Assembly: GCA_964016885.1 (NCBI GenBank)
Contig: OZ024746.1
Coordinates: 27,218,001-27,282,000 of the forward strand
DNA from: Eledone cirrhosa
Lineage: Eukaryota
Direction of reading: 5' to 3'
DNA length: 64,000 nucleotides
In this document: positions 56,063-64,000 of the stretch, one piece after another
How positions within the stretch are numbered: the stretch's first letter is position 1
How the letters are laid out: each line of letters opens with the position of its first letter
Position numbers and translations under genes: made by a program
Notes under the pieces: model-generated
Seen by the model: only the letters and a program-made list of their open reading frames with translations
The model's database searches: none
Told to the model about the DNA's origin: nothing

Positions 56063-56986
56063 ACGTACAGGCTTGGTTGTGTGGTTATGGAATTCACTTT
56101 GTAGCCACGTGGTGTTTAGTTCAGCCCCACTGTGTGACACTTTAGCAAAGTCTTCTAATGTATTTTCTTGATGAAATCAAGAATTGGACTTTCTGAAGAA
56201 GCAATACCCATAAGTTACTCCAATCAAAATATCTCTTTATACGAAGATATTTAATTAATGTTATATCTTATATTTTAAAGTTATAGCTTTAAACGCATCC
56301 TGACATTTTCAAGTTGTAGTCAGAAAACTGGGTGGCAGAAGTTATTTAGACATTGACTATGAATCTACTATCAACACATACACAGCTAGATGCTTATGCC
56401 ATACTATTTATTAAGATAGCTTCTTATAAGAGTTCAGAACTGTTGGATTTCTGATGACTTGTCTGGCGGGATCAACATTTTACAGTCTTTGACTCACTTA
56501 TATGAAATATCAATGTAGGTGATGCTGTTTTAGTGTTAGAAATATATCAGCCGAAGACATTAAGAACTTAGAAGAAGTAGTTATTTAGTATGAGAATTAT
56601 AGGGTTTAGGATGCAAATTTCTAAGATCTCAAATGTGTCCAAGATTTAGAATTAGTTCATAATCAGTTCTAAAAATGTAAATTCAGCTGATTTGATTTAT
56701 CGTTTCTAAGGAACATCTGTAGAAAAGGAAATATATTGCCTGATTCTCAGAGATATTGTCCGATTCTGAGAGATGTGGTGTGATGTTGGGTTCATCTGCT
56801 TGGAAAGTCCCCAAAACATGACCGTTACATTGGGTTAATTGTACATTAATTGAAATGGATAAACATTTTGAAGCTAAACAATATTACCGTTTGCCATTAT
56901 TGGTCAAATGTTTTAATGTAATTAAGGAACTGAAACGATTGTTGCGGTGGCTCATTACCTGTTGCGACGCCTGATTAACTACTTAC

Positions 56987-57022
56987 TGTCGAAAAAGATC
57001 TCGAACATCAATAGATTCTGTC
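56987..57022 (-). CDS. Candidate 36-bp exon
   Basis: AG acceptor, GTAAGT donor; TESIDVRDLFR(H); phase-compatible with 55645-55718. Confidence 0.4.
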
Positions 57023-57422
57023 CTAACATAAATAGACAGCTAATTATCTTCTATTCGTATAGATTAAATGATAATGAAATGAAATGACCTACTGTATAGT
57101 AAGAAGTCTTTGTAGCAGTTGAAACAGATGAAAATAAAATATGACATTAATTATTGACACAAAAATCAAAATTGTAACAAATTAAAACACTTTCTATTGA
57201 TAGTTGACGTAAGTTTGTGAGTAAAAGTTCTAAATTGTATTGTTGGAGAATTTAACCCTCACAGTTCTAATATAACATGCAATACCGCATGAGAAGAGGG
57301 GAGCTGGTTGTAATTGCTACAGATAAAAGAGGCTGGCATCTCTGACTAGTTAAGAAGTACTTTTCGCAATAGTAACATCTAAGTTCAATTCTGCTGCATA
57401 GTATCTACGTGGCATATGCGTG

Positions 57423-57680
57423 CTATCTTCGTGGTATCTGCGAGGTATCTCCACATCCATACATGATGATCATTCTCCATGAAGTATGGCCTTCAACCAG
57501 TCTCTCCCAGTTCTCCATATCAATCTTCAGAGTTTTAAGATTGCCTTTTATGACATCCCTAAACCACTTCTTTGGTATATGCTGTGGCCTTTCCCTGGTT
57601 AGCTCCATATAAAATAAGTGTTTAGGCAACCTTCCATCTTTTATCCTGACCACATTACCAACCCAGCACTTCTGGTTCAC
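57423..57680 (-). pseudogene. RTE/BovB-like LINE 3' remnant
   Basis: WVGNVVRIKDGRLPKHLFY...KKWFRDVIKGNLK...WERL. Confidence 0.82.
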
Positions 57681-57687
57681 ATTAATG

Positions 57688-57875
57688 CCAGGTCACTCAT
57701 GAGTGTTACTGGTAACATGTAACCCAGTACAACCTGCCACATGGTCGGGCTGTCGATGACTAAACCGGCAACCCCACCAAGCTTACTTGATGAGGAGGGT
57801 AATTGGGCAACCTGCGGGATGAAAAATAAAACCCACCAAAGGTCGGAGGAATACATGAAAGTCAACGGTCATCCT
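57688..57875 (+). mobile_element. RTE-related 5' end fragment
   Basis: Similar to reverse complement of 27045-27231. Confidence 0.65.
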
Positions 57876-58347
57876 ATAATGTGTATATATGTATATATTG
57901 TGTGGCTGTGTAAATATGTATATGTGGTTATGTGTGGGATTGTTTGAGTTCACGTGTGTATGCACGTTTTAGAACTCTTAAACTTTTAAAGTTTAAACTT
58001 TTAAATTTTAATTTTTAAGCTTTTAAATATTTTATTTCATTTTATTTCATCGTATTTATTTATTTAATCTATTTATATTTAGCTGGGAAAACCTACGGCT
58101 GATGCAGCTACCGATATCTTATATACATACACACATATATAAAATCAAAAAGCAATCAAAATGGTAAAAACCAAATGAGCATGAAATTAATAATGATGAC
58201 GATGATGACGATGATGACGATGATGATGATGATGCCGTTGAGGAAGATGGAAGGGGGATGTCGAGACGGATAATGACAGTTCCATGAATTAAACATAGGA
58301 AGAAATCATTTCCTTAATAATAATAAGTGAATAAATATATACAACTT

Positions 58348-58560
<213 letters not shown>

Positions 58561-58652
58561 TATATCACGGCTCTGTCCTCAGACATCGAGCTAACCTTAT
58601 ACTGCCTGCTGGATAAGTGGAGTGTTATACACCCCTGATCCTCTCCCTAGTA

Positions 58653-58684
<32 letters not shown>

Positions 58685-58686
<2 letters not shown>

Positions 58687-58877
58687 CGACGGAAGTGTGG
58701 TAAGGAACTAGATGGACCATAACGCAGCAGACTACTCAATACTTAGGGTAGTAGAGTGGGTAATAGGAAAATGTTCAAGATCCCGACGGCAGAGCTCAAG
58801 CCGTCTCGACGGCTATTTCAGTCCAGAAATAGCCGTAGAAACGGCTTGAGCTCTGCCGTCGGGGTCTTGAACATTTT

Positions 58878-58881
<4 letters not shown>
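58685..58881. mobile_element. Family H hairpin element
   Basis: Matches 2192-2388; fold-back near 58820. Confidence 0.78.
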
Positions 58882-58932
<51 letters not shown>

Positions 58933-59032
58933 ACATACATATAAAACATTCACAAACACATACACACACACCCACATATATATGTATGTATGCATACATA
59001 TAAAACTTTCACATACACGCACACACACACAT

Positions 59033-59102
<70 letters not shown>

Positions 59103-59434
59103 AAAACAACACAGATAAAAGCAACACAAAGGCACATATAAAAGCAAAACACAAAAATAAAACATAATACAGAAAAGCACAAACAAAAACGGTATCAGAC
59201 ACTTTTAGAAATAATGATTAAAATTTTCACATAGAAGCCAGGAATGGGTTGATCACAATATTGTAATAATGTATTTACTCTGATGCAGACGATTTGTTAG
59301 GCGTGGATAGATGGTGGAGAAATATTTGAGGAAAGAGATAATTGTAAATGAACTGAATGTTAATAAAATATTATATCAAACATAATATAATTGAGAAAAC
59401 CAAAAATGTAAAGAGGAAAATGACCAAGATCAGA

Positions 59435-59480
<46 letters not shown>

Positions 59481-59481
<1 letters not shown>

Positions 59482-59614
59482 CGAAGGAAATGTGGTAAGG
59501 AACCAGGTGGACCATAACGCACCAAAGTACTCAATACTCAATACACCAAAGTACTCAATACTTGAAATTAGCCGTCGAAACGGCTTGAGCTCAGCTGTCG
59601 GGGTCTTACTGGTT

Positions 59615-59618
<4 letters not shown>
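59481..59618. mobile_element. Family H element, internally deleted
   Basis: Family H left end joined to agccgtcgaaacggcttgagctcagctgtcgggg. Confidence 0.7.
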
Positions 59619-59657
<39 letters not shown>

Positions 59658-59744
59658 AAAGCACAGACGGGGGACAATCCCTTCTTCAGTTGTCTGCTGG
59701 AGATCACGGGAATTTCAACGCATTAAAGACAAAATTTCTCTCAA

Positions 59745-59831
<87 letters not shown>

Positions 59832-59982
59832 ATACATTAACAGGGAAAGCTTTAAGCAATACTCCGACCGACATCCATCTCACTCAACAAACATTAGGAT
59901 ATACCTCAGTATAATCCCAATTATATGTTTGGGGTGCTAACTATATTGTATTTTTCAGATAGCCGGCTGTATTATTTTATAT

Positions 59983-60014
<32 letters not shown>

Positions 60015-60017
<3 letters not shown>

Positions 60018-60171
60018 CAAGATTATACCAGTTTTAAACTTGTAAGACCATTATTCAGCAGACTACTCGATACTTGGGTTAGTAGAGTATATTTCAGGCC
60101 GACGGCAAAGCTCTTGCCGTTTCGACTGGAATTTGCTGTCGAAGTAGCAAGAGCTTAGCCATCGGACCCAG

Positions 60172-60176
<5 letters not shown>
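60015..60176. mobile_element. Family H element, diverged
   Basis: gaccatta..cagactactcgatacttggg...ccgacggcaaagctcttgccgtttcgac. Confidence 0.55.
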
Positions 60177-60233
<57 letters not shown>

Positions 60234-60432
60234 AAAGTTATATTTAAATTGTTGGGTTAACAACGAGTAAATATTTATAACTGATATAAAAGCACTCAAC
60301 AAGTATTTGGAGTATATTTATGATATTAAATAAATGGAAACTATATTTATAAAACCATATTTATTTCACAAATGCAAGGTGATTGAAAGGTATGTCGTAT
60401 CTATTTATTTATTTATAAGACTGTTTATATTG

Positions 60433-60498
60433 TATTTTGTCTGAAGATGGCATAACATATTGTTAATATGATATCCCTGTAATATATATAACGAAATA
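60433..60498 (+). ncRNA. Family A hammerhead motif with GAAA to GTAA mutation
   Basis: Stem I TATTTTGT/ACGAAATA; CTGAAGA 60441-60447; inside fold-back 60323-60540. Confidence 0.65.
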
Positions 60499-60535
60499 AA
60501 TATGGTTTTATAAATATAGTTTCCATTTATTTAAT

Positions 60536-60597
<62 letters not shown>

Positions 60598-60908
60598 GGA
60601 AAAATTTGAACAGGGACAAAACAGAGAGGCAGTACAACAAATGTTTATTAATTTCACGCTCTGGAGAGTGGGGTGTTATATATATATAAGAATTGGTGCT
60701 CTGAAATAGCTATATATATATAGCACAGGTTGCAAGCCCATCGCCAGTTCTTGTGGTGTAGGATGGAAACTGCAATATATTTTTCGAACAATGTCCTTTA
60801 CCTAAAGCCTGAATAGTGTATTTTGCAATACACTGTATGCTTAATTAAAAGCATTTCGAAGACCTTGGGCTATTGTTTTAGAGTAGTGACAGACTCACTT
60901 ACTTTAAT

Positions 60909-60999
60909 TTTCAGCAAACAGGGGAGATAAAGCTGACAGGGTCCTGTTTCGCATTTATTGATGCTTATCAAAGCCAACTACTCCTCCTGTTTGCTGAAA
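60909..60999 (-). ncRNA. Type I hammerhead with U3-A8 core and extended stem I (family G)
   Basis: GGCT-TTGATAA-GCATCAATAAATGC-GAAA-CAGG-AC-CCTG-TC-AGCT (60931-60975); stem I extended by TTCAGCAAACAGG/CCTGTTTGCTGAA. Confidence 0.85.
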
Positions 61000-61249
61000 T
61001 CATGGATGTTTGGTTCTTATAGAATTCTAGTAAATAATCAGGAACTGATTATACAGAGCGGTTGCCGGTCAAGCAGAAATTGAAAATTAAAATTGGTGTT
61101 CTGAAATAGCTATATATATATGAATGTATATATAGTGTATTTTGCAATACACTGTATGCTTAATTAAAAGCATTTCGAAGACCTTAGGCTATTGTTTTAG
61201 AGTAGTGACAGACTCACTTACTTTAATTTTCAGCAAACAGAGGAGATAA

Positions 61250-61294
61250 AGCTGACAAGGCCCTGTTTCGCATGTATTGATGCTTATCAAAGCC
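61250..61294 (-). ncRNA. Second U3-A8 hammerhead (family G)
   Basis: GGCT-TTGATAA-GCATCAATACATGC-GAAA-CAGGGCCTTG-TC-AGCT. Confidence 0.82.
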
Positions 61295-61451
61295 AACTAC
61301 AAGGTCTTCGAAATGCAGGGCCCTGTCAGCTTTATCTCCCCTGTTTGCTGAAAATTGAAGTAAGTGAGTCTGTCACTACTCTAAAACAATAGCATAACAT
61401 CTTCGAAATGCTTTTAATTAAGCATATAGTGTATTGCAAAATACACTATAT

Positions 61452-61596
<145 letters not shown>

Positions 61597-61760
61597 TATA
61601 TATATATATAGTTATTTATTGAAAATTAACATATTTGTTTTACTACGAAAAATAGTCTAACAAATGGTACATAAACAACCCCGGTGGAAAAGAAGTTGGC
61701 AGCGTCTAAGTTAATTTTCAATAAATACATAATATCCGCTCAACACTTGCATTAAGTAGA

Positions 61761-61900
61761 TAATTGTTTCTACTTTAGGCACAAGGCCAGCAAATACCCA
61801 GTGCATTACTGGTACTTTATTTTATCGACCCCGTAAGGATGAAAGGCAAAGTCAACCTCGGCGGGATTTGAACTCAGATCGCAAAGGGACGTAACTATCT
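61761..61900 (-). mobile_element. Main-family SINE, 5'-truncated
   Basis: Reverse match to consensus. Confidence 0.85.
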
Positions 61901-62254
61901 GAGTTCAAATAGATAATATATATAAATATATTATGTAGTGTAGTTTGGTAAAGTATATCCATAGGTTTGAGTGAACTCAATCTGTTCGGGGTATACTCTT
62001 TTACTCTTTTACCTGTTTCAGCCATCCGGCTGAGGCCATGCTGGGGCACCGCCCTTCATTGGAGTGTAGTGGGCTCATTTTATACTTTTAGCGCTGTAAG
62101 TATATAGATATTTATTTAACTATGTTGGCATCTAGGTACAATTGTTTTGCCAGGGGTCTGTTTCAGATTTTCACTGTGACAGACTTATTTCATCATCCTA
62201 TATTATCTTGTAAAAATCTGAAACAAACGGCTAGTGACACTATAGTAGGTATAA

Positions 62255-62349
<95 letters not shown>

Positions 62350-62380
62350 TTCTATCTAGCTATCTATCTATTCTCTCTCT

Positions 62381-62908
62381 AGCCGATTCGATTGACCGCC
62401 GAGTCCGTGATGACAATCAAGCCGCCTCCCCTCTTCACAAAGGAGGCAAAGGCGGTTTTTCTGTGCGTAATAGCCATGTTGAAAGAGGTTGTTTGGTGGA
62501 CACGATTGAAAGCTCTGAGGTCAGGCAACTTCCTCTCTGGCCATAGTCTGGTCTACTTCTTCCGATATCACTTCGGAAGAAGGATAAGAATGGAGAGAGA
62601 GGTGTTTGGCCACAGGCAGTTTTATGAAAGACGGGTGATAGTGACGAGAATGGCTCGTGTAAATGGGCCTTCTCTGTATACCATCCTGTAGGTAAAGAAG
62701 TGAAGGAGAGGGGAGCACCTTCTCCATGTGCTCCCCGGGCAAAGGATTGCACACTTTTTCGGGGGTGTGTGCAACCCCCATCACGTCCCCTCTCTTTTGA
62801 GGTTGTTTTCGATTATTTTCATTTTATACCCTTTTTACTCGGTTTTATGTAAACTCCCCCTTTGTATTTGTCCCTTCTTTTTATGCCTTTATGGTAAATA
62901 AAGAAATA
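62381..62908 (+). mobile_element. 5'-truncated L1/Tx1-like LINE (ORF2 C-terminus plus 3' UTR)
   Basis: ORF 62392-62691 with LKEVVWWTR...FFRYHF...RMER; AATAAA near end; 20-bp TSD tatctatctattctctctct at 62361-62380 and 62909-62928. Confidence 0.72.
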
Positions 62909-63337
62909 TATCTATCTATTCTCTCTCTCTTTCTTTCTCTCTTTCTCTTTCTCTCTCACTCTCTCTCTGTCTGACTGTCTGTCTGTCTTTCTCTCTCTCT
63001 CTGTATATATATATATATTCATGTGTGTTGTGTGTGTGTATGTGTGCGTGCGTGTGTGTATGTATGTGTGCGCGCGCGTGTGTGTGTGTATGTGTGTGCG
63101 TGCGTGTGTGTGTGTATGTGTGTGTATGTGTGCGTGTGCGTGTGTGTGCGGGCATACACATACATACGCGACTCTAGACCGGAGAGATAGAGGCGGCGAA
63201 AAACCAATTTCAGAAGAAATACCGGATATATCGAGCGATTGTACGATCGACAAATCGCCTGGATTGTATGGTCTACTCTACGAACCGGCGGTGGTGGAGG
63301 TGGTAAAAGTGATGGTGATTATGACGACGGCGACTAC

Positions 63338-63374
<37 letters not shown>

Positions 63375-64000
63375 GTGGTGATTAGGATGGTGATGATGAT
63401 AGTGATGGTAGAAATAGTGAAAGTGGTCGGTAGGAGGTTGATGGTAGGGTTTTCTGATGGTAATAATTGCAGGAATCGATAGCTAAATTAGAGAATATTA
63501 ATGTTAATTAAGAAACGAGGCCGTAGTTGTGATGTCAACAATTTCAAAGAGATATTAGAGAAAAGAGGAACTAAAGCCACAATAGTGCAATTTTAAATAC
63601 ATTATTGATTTCTAGCTTAAAGAAAACCTAACAGCTGACGACCTAGAGAAAAATATCCAGGGACACGTTCTGTAGGAAAATCGAACGGTAAGTTTCAATG
63701 CTGATTAGTTTAATGTAGTAAGTACGTCAATAAATCTTAATTAATATTTGAGATAGTCACTTCTAAGTTTCTTTAACAGAATTGCTCATTCAACTGATAT
63801 TACTTTCTCCTCGCCACTAATTAATTAAAATGTCTTCGTTTATTACATTAAATGTGTAAATACTTACATTGCCGGACAGAAGATAGGCGATTTCATAGTG
63901 CTTGTTTTCCATAACATATCAAGGTGTCAGTAGATCTCGTGAGATCAAGGAGCTACACATGAGTACTGCTGGTTTGGGTAAAGTTTATATTCTTATTTCT

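Larger units (their letters stand above)
60812..61450 (-). mobile_element. Family G element: tandem ~319-bp units plus inverted terminal piece
   Basis: Direct repeat 60813-60981 and 61132-61300; inverted copy 61317-61450. Confidence 0.85.

Noticed and set aside
59660-59700. CTGAAGA-AGGGATTGTCCC on the minus strand
   Set aside because: GAAA missing; at most a deleted HHR.

Overview
AT-rich, repeat-dense animal genomic DNA. The SINE and LINE repertoire points to an octopod cephalopod (inference from family resemblance). Nearly all ORFs in the supplied track are artefacts of (TA)n, (CA)n, (ACC)n and satellite DNA. Conventional content: about 20 copies of a ~190-bp tRNA-derived SINE, other SINE fragments, RTE-clade LINE remnants, an L1/Tx1-like 3' fragment with a 20-bp TSD, a decayed mariner, small MITEs, a 33-bp satellite, and a possible minus-strand gene made of very small exons (54.6-57.3 kb). 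The main signal is a set of short non-coding elements inserted in (TA)n tracts, mostly as tail-out fold-back (inverted) repeats, carrying type I hammerhead ribozyme (HHR) motifs. I count about 20 HHR motifs from roughly 9-10 sequence families, including U3-A8 and U4C core variants, palindromic stem III loops, a ~420-nt terminally redundant monomer and a ~319-nt tandem unit. This fits Penelope-like element (PLE) termini or non-LTR retrozymes. All structures were folded by eye and none has been tested.
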